The translations under genes and the position numbers were made by a program. Below the pieces are notes generated by a model. That model searched no databases and was not told the DNA's origin. It worked only from the letters and a program-made list of their open reading frames with translations. This document shows positions 45,559 through 54,119 of a DNA stretch of 60,146 nucleotides, one piece after another (position 1 is the first letter of the stretch; every line of letters starts with the position of its first letter). Source of the stretch: an uncultured Gammaproteobacteria bacterium (GTDB lineage: Bacteria > Patescibacteriota > Patescibacteriia > UBA9934); assembly GCA_964462325.1 (NCBI GenBank), contig CAYWYQ010000002.1:3943-64088 (forward strand), written 5' to 3'.

Positions 45559-45885
45559 TCATTCTACGTCGCGATAAAGCCATGATTGGAAAATCATAAT
45601 GCAGGTTGTGCAGAGTCCGACCAGGTCAGCGGGCAGAATGTACCATGCCTCGCTCGCGATGGAATAGGGTACGCGCGTGAGGTACACGCCGAGTCCCAGT
45701 AGTACGAACATGAGGGGCATTCCGGCTGTACCCTCTCGGTAGTTCTTCAGAATCTGCATTGGGAATCCGATAACAGAAACCAGAACTGAAAATACGCGTG
45801 TCGCTGTTCCGAGTGAATCTGTATACGGACTCAGGATTGGAACAAGGTCCAGAAAGAATTGCTGAATTAGGTGAATATGTTCCAC
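45559..45885 (-). CDS. PQ-loop / SemiSWEET-like 3-TM membrane protein
   Basis: 108 aa with three hydrophobic helices and a GFPMQILKNYREG PQ-loop-type motif. Confidence 0.6.
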   Translation of the reverse strand: MEHIHLIQQFFLDLVPILSPYTDSLGTATRVFSVLVSVIGFPMQILKNYREGTAGMPLMFVLLGLGVYLTRVPYSIASEAWYILPADLVGLCTTCIMIFQSWLYRDVE

Positions 45886-46140
45886 GCTTCCTCCAATGTG
45901 GCGCAGGAAAAGTACATGAATACTAATGAACGGTCAAATAATGAAACTCCACGACCTAACAGCCGTGGTATCTTTATATTTCAAGCTGCGCTTGTCCTCC
46001 TGCCGTCATCCTTTGTCATCCCGGACTTGATCCGGGATCCATCGATCTCGTATTGCGCTAGATTCCCGCTTTCGCGGGAATGACAGGGGGGATTAAGCGG
46101 AAACTCACGGCCTAACGGCCGTGGTTTTGGTTGGATACAA

Positions 46141-46163
46141 AAAAACAGGCCCGAAGGCCTATT
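46141..46163 (-). terminator. rho-independent terminator of rplS
   Basis: On the minus strand: AGGCC-UUCG-GGCCU followed by GUUUUUUUG. Confidence 0.75.
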
Positions 46164-46164
46164 T

Positions 46165-46674
46165 TTATTTTTTGATCTCTTTAAGCTTGCGTTTGAAGTC
46201 TCCGCGTAGGTAACTGAGCTTTGCTCGGCGTACTCGATATTGCTTCACCACCTCAATCTTATCGATATTTGGTGAGCTAAGCGGGAAGATCTTTTCAACC
46301 ATCCAACCCTTTGAGTTCTTTCGAACCGTCATGGTTCGTGAATGACCTGCTCCGCGTGTTCCGATAACTAATCCTTCAAAGACCTGAACACGTTCTTTCT
46401 CAACTCCTTTACTGTTCACGTCTTTAATCTTTTCATGAACACGTACAAGCATTCCCGTCACAATATCGCTATTTGGCAATACTTCAACTTCTGCATCTTT
46501 TTCAATTTCTTCCGGAATTACAGAGTCCTTTGCTGCTTCTTCTCGTGCTTTTGCATCATCTTCTGTAGATGCGATTTCTTCGTTCATAGCAGGCTTTTCT
46601 TCTGTTTTTACTTCCTCGACTTTAGGAGCTTCTTCTTTTACAGCTTCTTCTGTCTTTTTTTCTTCCTCTGACAT
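46165..46674 (-). CDS. rplS: 50S ribosomal protein L19 with an acidic N-terminal extension of about 60 aa
   Basis: The C-terminal roughly 110 aa match L19 (RVQVFEG.VI..RG.G...T.TVRK...[14 protein letters not shown]). The N-terminus is Glu/Lys/Ala-rich. Confidence 0.9.
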   Translation of the reverse strand: MSEEEKKTEEAVKEEAPKVEEVKTEEKPAMNEEIASTEDDAKAREEAAKDSVIPEEIEKDAEVEVLPNSDIVTGMLVRVHEKIKDVNSKGVEKERVQVFEGLVIGTRGAGHSRTMTVRKNSKGWMVEKIFPLSSPNIDKIEVVKQYRVRRAKLSYLRGDFKRKLKEIKK

Positions 46675-46779
46675 AATGTGTCGGTTACATCGCCATGCCA
46701 GAGGAGTACATAAATGAACTCATTCACAGACTGTTTAATACGGCGGAATATTACTGTTTCTTGTAAAAAATGTCAAGCG

Positions 46780-47379
46780 TTAGCGCTGTTGTAAAAATTG
46801 CGCGATTTGAATAACCGTTTGACGATATACTTCATCGACACTTTCTGCAGATGTGTCATGAACGATATGGAAATTATTGAGATCCCGTATATCGATTGCA
46901 TAGAATTCTTTAAATCTTTGCTGATTCGATGCAGCGCGTTCTTGGTCCGCTTTTAATAGTGCTTCCTTTGTCGCAAAAGAATCTCGTAATTTATTCTCTG
47001 TATCTTTGAATACACGATCTACGGCGATATGTGGGTCAACAGAGAAGTAAACATTAACATCAGGATTTTCAATAAAATGCCATGCTGTCCGTCCTTCAAA
47101 AACGCCACGTTCAATTTCTCTTCCTTTCTGCGTTTGAATCGCATCCATTTGTTTATCTATTTCCGGATCCTGTTCTAATAATGTGTGCAATTCTTGAACA
47201 GTGAGATTACGACGTTTTGCTTCTTCACGCATCAATTGACCGATATACACGCGTGGAATGTCTAATTCCTCGGAGAGCCTTTTTGCAAAAGTAGATTTTC
47301 CCGCACCAATATCTCCACTTAATGTGATTCGTAATGGAGTGATATTTTTTAGGTATTGCAAGGCGTCTTTAAAGGTCAT
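46780..47379 (-). CDS. P-loop nucleotide kinase, cytidylate-kinase-like family
   Basis: ITLSGDIGAGKST Walker A motif, about 200 aa. Specificity is unknown. Confidence 0.55.
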   Translation of the reverse strand: MTFKDALQYLKNITPLRITLSGDIGAGKSTFAKRLSEELDIPRVYIGQLMREEAKRRNLTVQELHTLLEQDPEIDKQMDAIQTQKGREIERGVFEGRTAWHFIENPDVNVYFSVDPHIAVDRVFKDTENKLRDSFATKEALLKADQERAASNQQRFKEFYAIDIRDLNNFHIVHDTSAESVDEVYRQTVIQIAQFLQQR

Positions 47380-47504
47380 AATTATTGAATTTATTATTTT
47401 TGCGACCTGTTCATCCGTAGCTCATAGGGTGATGGATGAATAAAGGAATCTGGCATATTCGATTAGCACCGGATCCCGGATCGGGGTCCGGGATGACGGG
47501 AGGA

Positions 47505-48416
47505 TTATAATTTCGGAATATCTTCAAGGACCTGTTCTAATTTTGCTGGTAATGGTGCTTCGAATACGGTGGTCTCTCCATCCGGTAATGTAATGGTCAG
47601 TTCTCGGGCATGCAGGAAGAGTCGACCAATATCACGAGGAGTTTTTCCTTTTAATCTGTAGAGCGTGTCACCAACAACAGGGTGTCCTATTGCAAGCATA
47701 TGTACGCGGATTTGATGCGTTCTTCCCGTTTCAATACGTACATCAAGCAAGGAGTGATGTGGAAACTGCTTTATGACATCGTAATGAGAAATAGCTTCTT
47801 TCCCAGATTCTTGTGATCGTGGTTTTGCCGCCATTCTTCCTGTTGACTTAGATCGTTCAATAGAAAAATCAATAGTATCTTCTAATTTCTCCATGCGATT
47901 TTCGACCAATACAGTATATTTTTTGGTTGTTAACCTTTCACTGAATTGCTTTTTGAGATGCGCAAAAGCTGCTTGTGTTTTTGCCGTAATCAAAACACCG
48001 GAAGCATATTTATCTAAGCGATGCACAATACCAGGACGCGCTGCATCGTCTCCGACTTCTTTCATTTGCGGACAATGTGCGAGAAGGCCATCGACAAGCG
48101 TAGGAGAAACATTTCCCGGCGCATCATGTACAAGAATACCGTCGGGCTTATTTACCACGAGGACATCATCATTTTCAAAAATAATATCAAGGTCGGGCGG
48201 GGAAGTATCACGTTCGGGAATGTAAAAAACATCATCGCTCACATTGATTGTGTCTTCAGATGTGACGAGCGCTTTTACGGGCACTGGTTCACCGTTAAGG
48301 AGAATCTGACCTGCTTTAATTGCTTTTTGAACCTTTGTGCGACTTAATGCAAGAAGCTCTGTTGCGACAGAATCAAGTCTTTGAGGTTCAGAATTTTTTG
48401 GGGTATAGGTAGGCAT
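47505..48416 (-). CDS. RluA-family pseudouridine synthase (RluD-like) with S4 domain
   Basis: HRLDKYASGVL catalytic Asp motif, TGRTHQIRVH and an N-terminal S4-like segment. Confidence 0.85.
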   Translation of the reverse strand: MPTYTPKNSEPQRLDSVATELLALSRTKVQKAIKAGQILLNGEPVPVKALVTSEDTINVSDDVFYIPERDTSPPDLDIIFENDDVLVVNKPDGILVHDAPGNVSPTLVDGLLAHCPQMKEVGDDAARPGIVHRLDKYASGVLITAKTQAAFAHLKKQFSERLTTKKYTVLVENRMEKLEDTIDFSIERSKSTGRMAAKPRSQESGKEAISHYDVIKQFPHHSLLDVRIETGRTHQIRVHMLAIGHPVVGDTLYRLKGKTPRDIGRLFLHARELTITLPDGETTVFEAPLPAKLEQVLEDIPKL

Positions 48417-48545
48417 AGGCGCAGTCTGCCATAAAAACGTGGTTTTTGAAAGCTAAATATCTAATATTATGATGGTAATAATTGATTTTTGTTCTATATT
48501 TGTGTAATATATGCTCACCGCGAATGGTTATTATTCGTGAATAAG

Positions 48546-48621
48546 GGCCCGTAGCTCAGCTGGTTAGAGCGCAGAGCTTATACCTCTGTGGTCGATGGTT
48601 CGAGTCCATCCGGGCCCACCA
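48546..48621 (+). tRNA. tRNA-Ile, anticodon UAU, CCA encoded
   Basis: The cloverleaf folds by hand: acceptor GGGCCCG/CGGGCCC, D arm GCTC..GAGC, anticodon stem CAGAG/CTCTG with loop CTTATAC, T arm GATGG-TTCGAGT-CCATC. The body closely resembles a bacterial tRNA-Ile. Confidence 0.9.
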
Positions 48622-48749
48622 AGGAAAATATGATCCAAGTTTGCCCTCTACATTGTTGCGTCTGTGGTGCTCGACACCGTACCTATCAGTACGGCTTACT
48701 CCGCTCCTCGATGCGCCTCGTAGAGAATAAACTTAATCATATTTTCTCC
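48622..48749 (+). repeat. hairpin element of about 125 nt abutting the tRNA-Ile CCA end (copy 1)
   Basis: Terminal arms GGAAAATATGAT..AAGTTT..CTCTAC / GTAGAG..AAACTT..ATCATATTTTC, with internal stems GGTG/CACC and CCGTAC/GTACGG. Confidence 0.8.
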
Positions 48750-48774
48750 AAGTGATTGTGTAGGTGAATGAGAT

Positions 48775-48792
48775 GTCCATCCGGGCCCACCA
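48775..48792 (+). repeat. orphan direct copy of the tRNA-Ile 3' end (18 nt)
   Basis: gtccatccgggcccacca is identical to 48604-48621. Confidence 0.85.
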
Positions 48793-48893
48793 CCGAGCTC
48801 AGCTCGGTTTGGTACGATACGATATGAAAGCTAAGCTTTCACTATATGCCAAACATATTGACTGCTGAGTGAAGGTAATCCAGCTAAGCTGGA

Positions 48894-48921
48894 CAAGGAA
48901 AATATGATCCAAGTTTGCCCT
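48894..48921 (+). repeat. partial third copy (left arm only) of the tRNA-abutting element
   Basis: caaggaaaatatgatccaagtttgccct is identical to 48620-48647 and 49866-49893. Confidence 0.8.
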
Positions 48922-48970
48922 GCGTTTTTCATATTACTAAGTGCAAATTGGGTTATTTTTCTTATGAATT

Positions 48971-48979
48971 TGCTATAAT
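48971..48979 (+). promoter_or_regulatory. extended -10 promoter element (TGcTATAAT)
   Basis: TGCTATAAT lies 12 nt upstream of the ATG at 48991. Confidence 0.45.
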
Positions 48980-48990
48980 GAATCCCGTAT

Positions 48991-49155
48991 ATGATTTATT
49001 TATCCGTATTCATTTTTCTCAGCTCTCTATTCTTCTTCATAAAGAGTATTCGAGAAAAATCAACAGGTGATAGAGATATTGCACTGATTTTGTTTATTGT
49101 ATCACTGGCGACGATTGGCATGTCTTATGTCGCCTTAACTATTATGAATACATAA
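48991..49155 (+). CDS. small membrane protein (54 aa), below the ORF-track cutoff
   Basis: Translation MIYLSVFIFLSSLFFFIKSIREKSTGDRDIALILFIVSLATIGMSYVALTIMNT. The stop lies 1 nt before the next ATG, suggesting an operon. Confidence 0.4.
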   Translation: MIYLSVFIFLSSLFFFIKSIREKSTGDRDIALILFIVSLATIGMSYVALTIMNT

Positions 49156-49156
49156 T

Positions 49157-49576
49157 ATGTGGGGATCGATTTTCTTCATTGGATTTATCGTATTTCTGTT
49201 TTATTGGATTATTGGTGGAGCAATGTTTGCTGCCTTTTCTTTTATTCGTAATAATAAATTTCACAAAGCACGTTTTGGATGTTTGTACACACTTTTATCG
49301 GTATTGTGCGCGATAGGAGCAACGTATAGTACTTCAGTGATAGGGAGGGATGAAATACAGAGTTGTTTGAATGATTCGACGGATATTTTTGGGGATTTAG
49401 CGAGTTTTGTTGGATGCGGTATTCTTTCGCTCAGCTTGATGATTGTGGCTTGGTTTGGAGTGCTGATTATTTTTGGAGGGATATCATTGTTTCTTTCAAG
49501 GGCGAAAAATCAATCATGGATGGATGAGGAATTTGAGGAAGATACGGCGCTTGAGATTTCATTCGATCATCTGTAA
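49157..49576 (+). CDS. membrane protein of unknown function (4 predicted TM segments)
   Basis: 139-aa hydrophobic ORF. Confidence 0.6.
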   Translation: MWGSIFFIGFIVFLFYWIIGGAMFAAFSFIRNNKFHKARFGCLYTLLSVLCAIGATYSTSVIGRDEIQSCLNDSTDIFGDLASFVGCGILSLSLMIVAWFGVLIIFGGISLFLSRAKNQSWMDEEFEEDTALEISFDHL

Positions 49577-49791
49577 AATACTGTCTACAGATTGAATATT
49601 TTTGTTCTTCTGCTAGGCGAAACAGAGTAGCGACAATATGTACATGGAATATCTTTGGTAAGATGCATGTACCTGTGTATCAAAATGGAATGAAATACAA
49701 GGAAGTTTTTGAGCACCGAGTGCACGTACCTAAATGTACGTAAGCGAGAGCGCAGAAAACTGACAAAGTAGTTCGTTCATTTTGTAACAGA

Positions 49792-49867
49792 GGGCCTATA
49801 GCTCAGGGGTTAGAGCGTTACATTGACATTGTAAAGGTCGGTGGTTCGAATCCACCTAGGCCCACCA
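49792..49867 (+). tRNA. tRNA-Val, anticodon GAC, CCA encoded
   Basis: Acceptor GGGCCTA/TAGGCCC, anticodon stem TTACA/TGTAA with loop TTGACAT, T arm GGTGG-TTCGAAT-CCACC. Confidence 0.9.
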
Positions 49868-49993
49868 AGGAAAATATGATCCAAGTTTGCCCTCTACATT
49901 GTTGCGTCTGTGGTGCTCGACACCGTACCTATCAGTACGGCTTACTCCGCTCCTCGATGCGCCTCGTAGAGAATAAACTTAATCATATTTCCC
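49868..49993 (+). repeat. hairpin element of about 125 nt abutting the tRNA-Val CCA end (copy 2)
   Basis: Identical to 48622-48746 except for the length of one T-run. Confidence 0.8.
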
Positions 49994-50210
49994 ACCATTT
50001 ACTTTCTTGAATAAATGTCCATCTAGATACCATGAAAACGCCCTCACCGAAAGGAGAGAGCGTTTTCATATAAGCATATAAGTATTTAGAGATTCGAACC
50101 CGGAAAGGGTTTGGAGAAACGTGTATTTCTCACTTTTGTAGAGGAGGTGCAACCTCGAGGTCGGACCTTTAATGTGGATAAGTAGGTCGGACCTTGAGAT
50201 ATATGATTCA

Positions 50211-51353
50211 TTATCCTGCCAATTCGGACAATTTTTGTTTCAAGTGGCTGATAACCTCTTTTTCGCTTTTTACAATATCTTCTGAAGCGATATGTAAAAT
50301 AGCTTCTTCGCGGGTCCCTGTTGCAGAAAAGGCTGCACCAAGTGCAAGAGCATCATATGGACGTACCGCATGTAATAAGACATCAATACGATCTTCTATC
50401 TCATAAAATATAGCAACGACATTTGATTGTGGTGATGTAGAAATAAGTTCATCAACAATACTATTGAGTGCATCTGTACCAGCGCCTGCATTCACAAAAT
50501 CTTTCTTTGTGAGCATCGTCCAAATAAGCGCATGTTTCGTATCGGCTTTTAGTCGCGCGAGCGCACGTCCCCATAGTCTTAATGTTTCTACAGTCTTTGT
50601 TTTATACAAATGTTGAACAATAAGGTCTCGATCGCCACCTTTTTCAATTAAAGACCCTGCAACAGAAAGAGTACGAGGTGAAACATGTTGTGCTTTGAAA
50701 CTATTTGTTTTAAAGATCATGCCTGTTAATAGCACGGTCGCCATTTCTTTATCGAATAAACTTCCGTCGATGCGTTCAAATAAATCATGACATACCTCTG
50801 TACATGAAACCGCATTCATATCGACAATGTTTAACTGTCCAAAATGTTCATTATCTGATCGGTGGTCAATATTAACAACCGGAGTCGTAAAGAAAAAATC
50901 CGGATAGAGTGTATACATGGAACCGATCTGTGCCAGATCTCGAACTCCTATAGTGATCACTAAATCGTATTTGTATGCGTCAGTCTTTACAGATAAATCT
51001 TCTTGATGCCAGACACCTGTCTTTGGTACCAAATGTATTGATAGTTTTCCATCCACCTCTTCATAGGAAAGTTCATCAACCATTGCAGACTTTGTATCAA
51101 TTTCAATTGTCATTTTTCGAATCTGCGTTAAATCTCCTCGTACGGACGTTTCTTGATTAAGAAACGAAATATTTTTTGGAATCATGCCACCGGTTGTTGC
51201 TATTTCGGCAGACTTACCCATTTTACTCAGTATAGAAATAATACTAAAAGCACTCGCAAAATCATCAATATCTGCTGTTTCGGTCAAAATAATAATGGGA
51301 CGATTGGATCGTTCAATTGCTCCTAAAAATTGTTCATGTATAGATAGACCCAT
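50211..51353 (-). CDS. DHH-family phosphoesterase (NrnA-like), divergent motifs
   Basis: 380 aa with an NrnA-like layout: N-terminal D.D region (TADIDDFAS), NIDHRSDN in place of DHH, and a C-terminal DHHA1-like domain. Confidence 0.55.
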   Translation of the reverse strand: MGLSIHEQFLGAIERSNRPIIILTETADIDDFASAFSIISILSKMGKSAEIATTGGMIPKNISFLNQETSVRGDLTQIRKMTIEIDTKSAMVDELSYEEVDGKLSIHLVPKTGVWHQEDLSVKTDAYKYDLVITIGVRDLAQIGSMYTLYPDFFFTTPVVNIDHRSDNEHFGQLNIVDMNAVSCTEVCHDLFERIDGSLFDKEMATVLLTGMIFKTNSFKAQHVSPRTLSVAGSLIEKGGDRDLIVQHLYKTKTVETLRLWGRALARLKADTKHALIWTMLTKKDFVNAGAGTDALNSIVDELISTSPQSNVVAIFYEIEDRIDVLLHAVRPYDALALGAAFSATGTREEAILHIASEDIVKSEKEVISHLKQKLSELAG

Positions 51354-51460
51354 AAGGATAGTTGATAAACTTACAAGGGGATTGCAATCCTGTCAATACA
51401 TGATTCTCATCGGCATAACCGTATTGAAGTATTCTGTATTTTTCGCTAGTATTCCTTTAT

Positions 51461-54118
51461 ATGAAAGATGATTTTTTGATGCCGAAGACCTATGATCCGA
51501 GAATGGTGGAAGACGAGGTCTATGCTTTATGGGAGAATGCAGGGTATTTTAATCCAGATAATTTACCAAATGTAGATGAAGAGGCAGAACATTTTTCCAT
51601 TGTTTTACCGCCACCAAATGTGACAGGGACGCTTCATATGGGGCATGCCATGATGATTGCAATTGAAGATGCAATGGTTCGATTCGCGCGCATGCAAGGA
51701 AAGAAAACACTTTGGTTACCAGGGACAGATCATGCAGCAATTGCGACTCAATCAAAAGTAGAGAAGATCTTGAAAAATGAAGAAAATCTTTCACGTCATG
51801 ATTTGGGTCGAGAGGCATTTCTCGAAAAGGTTCGCGTTTTTGCTCAAGATAGCCATGACACCATTGTAAATCAGGTGCGTAAAATGGGAGCAAGCGTTGA
51901 TTGGTCGCGCGAGGCATATACACTTGATGATGAACGTAATAATGCCGTAAATCATGCGTTTAAGCGCATGCATGAAGATGGGCTTATTTACAAAGGATAT
52001 CGTGTTATTAATTGGGATCCCATTGGGCAGACGACTGTTTCAGATGATGAAGTTGTACACAAGGAAAGTACGGCAAAACTCTATACATTTAGGTATGGAG
52101 AGGATTGTCCAATACCAATTGCAACAACAAGGCCAGAAACGAAAGTGGGGGACACGGCAATTGCGGTGCACCCTGAAGGTAAATGGAAGAAATATATCGG
52201 CGAGACATTTTCGGTAGAGTTTGCAGGAGTAAAATCATCTCTTTTGGTAATTGGTGATGAAGAGGTGGACGATGCATTTGGTACGGGTGCTCTTGGTGTG
52301 ACACCGGCACATAGTCAGACTGATTATGAAATGGCGCAAAAAAATGATCTGAAGATGGTTCAGGTCATCAATGAAGATGCTCGAATGACGGATGATGCCG
52401 GTGATTTGGTCGCTGGAAAAACGACGCTCGAGGCTCGTGAAATAATTATCGCATGGCTGCAAGAGAATACATTACTCGAAAAAGAGGAAGAAATTTCTCA
52501 GAATTTATCTGTTGCAGAACGAACAAGTGGAACGATTGAGCCGCTTCCAAAAGAGCAGTGGTTTATAGATGTGAATAAAACATTTTCTTTCAAGAACTCT
52601 GAACGTGTACCGATTGAGGGAATTGAAAGTGATGAAGAAGTTACTCTGAAATCACTCATGCAACATGTTGTTGAATCTGGGCAAATAGAGATTCTTCCAG
52701 ATCGATTCAAGAAAACGTATTTTCACTGGATTGATAATTTGAGAGATTGGAATATTTCTCGCCAAATTTGGTTTGGGCATCGTGTGCCTGTTTGGTATAA
52801 GGACGATGAGGTACGAATCGGTGAAGCACCATCAGAAGAAGGTTGGAAGCAAGACGACGATACGCTTGATACTTGGTTCAGTTCCGGACTTTGGACATTT
52901 TCGACGCTTGGTTGGCCAAGTGACCAGGCGAAAGATTTTCAGAATTTTCACCCGACTTCTGTTCTTGAAACAGGGTATGACATTCTGTTTTTCTGGGTTG
53001 CACGCATGATTTTAATGTCGACATATCTTGTTGGTGAGGTGCCATTTAAAACAGTGTATTTGCATGGCCTGGTTCGTGACGAAAAAGGTCGCAAGATGAG
53101 TAAATCACTTGGTAATGCAATGAATCCTCTTGATATGATTGAGGAATATGGGGCTGATGCAACACGTCTTTCTCTTTTGATTGGTGCAACACCTGGAAAT
53201 GACATGAAGCTTTCGGAAGAAAAAGTGGCAGGGTTCAGAAACTTTACGAATAAGCTCTGGAATATTTCGCGTTTTGTTTTTGCAAGTGTTCAACAGGTTC
53301 AAATTATTGAAAATGTTGATGCAGATACACTCGCAGATCGTTGGATTTTAGGAAGATTATCAGAGGTGACGAAGGAAGTAACAGATCACTGCGAAAAATA
53401 TGAATATTCACTCGCAGGGGAAAAGCTACGGGACTTTACATGGAATGAATTTGCAGATTGGTATATTGAAATTGCGAAGATTCAAAATCAAAATCAAAAC
53501 GGTTCTTCGGATTCGGTATTATTGTATGTATTACAAAGTATTCTAAAGCTCTGGCACCCATTCATGCCATTTGTGACGGAAGAAATTTACAAACAATTCA
53601 ATGCGGGGCAATTAATTATTGCTTCTTGGCCTGAATCGCAAATGAATTTGAGTGCATCTGATAAAAGACATTTTGAATTATTGCAAAGTATTGTTTCTGG
53701 TATTCGTAACATACGCGCAAATTATTCCATCGCTCCAAATAAGAGTGTGAATACAATTTTTGTTCATGCAAATGCTCTTCAAAATTCTGAGGAGGTATTA
53801 CGCCGATTGGCACGAATTGATACAATAACATGGACAGATGAAATTCCTGTTGTAAAGCAGGCGTCACGCTTCATGGTGGGTAGGCAGCAAGTAATCATTC
53901 CTCTTGAGGGATTGATTGATATTGATGCAGAAAAAGAGCGTATTCATGCAAAAATCACGGAAGCGAATACGTACAAGGAAAGCTTGGAATCACGACTCGG
54001 GAATGATTCTTACGTAGAAAATGCACCAGAACAGGTCGTTGCGGAAAGTAAGAATCAACTTGAAGAGGTAAAGGAAAAAATTCAATTGCTCGAAGAAGAG
54101 CTAAAAAACTTTGATTAA
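51461..54118 (+). CDS. valS: valyl-tRNA synthetase
   Basis: 885 aa with PPPNVTGTLHMGHA (HIGH), KMSKSLGN and a C-terminal coiled coil. Confidence 0.95.
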   Translation: MKDDFLMPKTYDPRMVEDEVYALWENAGYFNPDNLPNVDEEAEHFSIVLPPPNVTGTLHMGHAMMIAIEDAMVRFARMQGKKTLWLPGTDHAAIATQSKVEKILKNEENLSRHDLGREAFLEKVRVFAQDSHDTIVNQVRKMGASVDWSREAYTLDDERNNAVNHAFKRMHEDGLIYKGYRVINWDPIGQTTVSDDEVVHKESTAKLYTFRYGEDCPIPIATTRPETKVGDTAIAVHPEGKWKKYIGETFSVEFAGVKSSLLVIGDEEVDDAFGTGALGVTPAHSQTDYEMAQKNDLKMVQVINEDARMTDDAGDLVAGKTTLEAREIIIAWLQENTLLEKEEEISQNLSVAERTSGTIEPLPKEQWFIDVNKTFSFKNSERVPIEGIESDEEVTLKSLMQHVVESGQIEILPDRFKKTYFHWIDNLRDWNISRQIWFGHRVPVWYKDDEVRIGEAPSEEGWKQDDDTLDTWFSSGLWTFSTLGWPSDQAKDFQNFHPTSVLETGYDILFFWVARMILMSTYLVGEVPFKTVYLHGLVRDEKGRKMSKSLGNAMNPLDMIEEYGADATRLSLLIGATPGNDMKLSEEKVAGFRNFTNKLWNISRFVFASVQQVQIIENVDADTLADRWILGRLSEVTKEVTDHCEKYEYSLAGEKLRDFTWNEFADWYIEIAKIQNQNQNGSSDSVLLYVLQSILKLWHPFMPFVTEEIYKQFNAGQLIIASWPESQMNLSASDKRHFELLQSIVSGIRNIRANYSIAPNKSVNTIFVHANALQNSEEVLRRLARIDTITWTDEIPVVKQASRFMVGRQQVIIPLEGLIDIDAEKERIHAKITEANTYKESLESRLGNDSYVENAPEQVVAESKNQLEEVKEKIQLLEEELKNFD

Positions 54119-54119
54119 T

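Larger units (their letters stand above)
42168..45611. mobile_element. direct-repeat-bounded two-gene cassette, tandemly duplicated (2 x 1687 bp), at the 3' end of a PQ-loop gene
   Basis: 70-nt direct repeats at 42168-42237, 43855-43924 and 45542-45611. The repeats contain the last 17 codons plus stop of the minus-strand gene 45559..45885. No integrase lies inside. Confidence 0.7.

Noticed and set aside
50085-50105. tRNA gene or pseudogene on the minus strand, suggested by gagattcgaaccc (a GGGTTCGAATCTC T-loop-like string)
   Set aside because: The flanking sequence does not form a T stem, acceptor stem or anticodon arm. At most it is a tRNA fragment.
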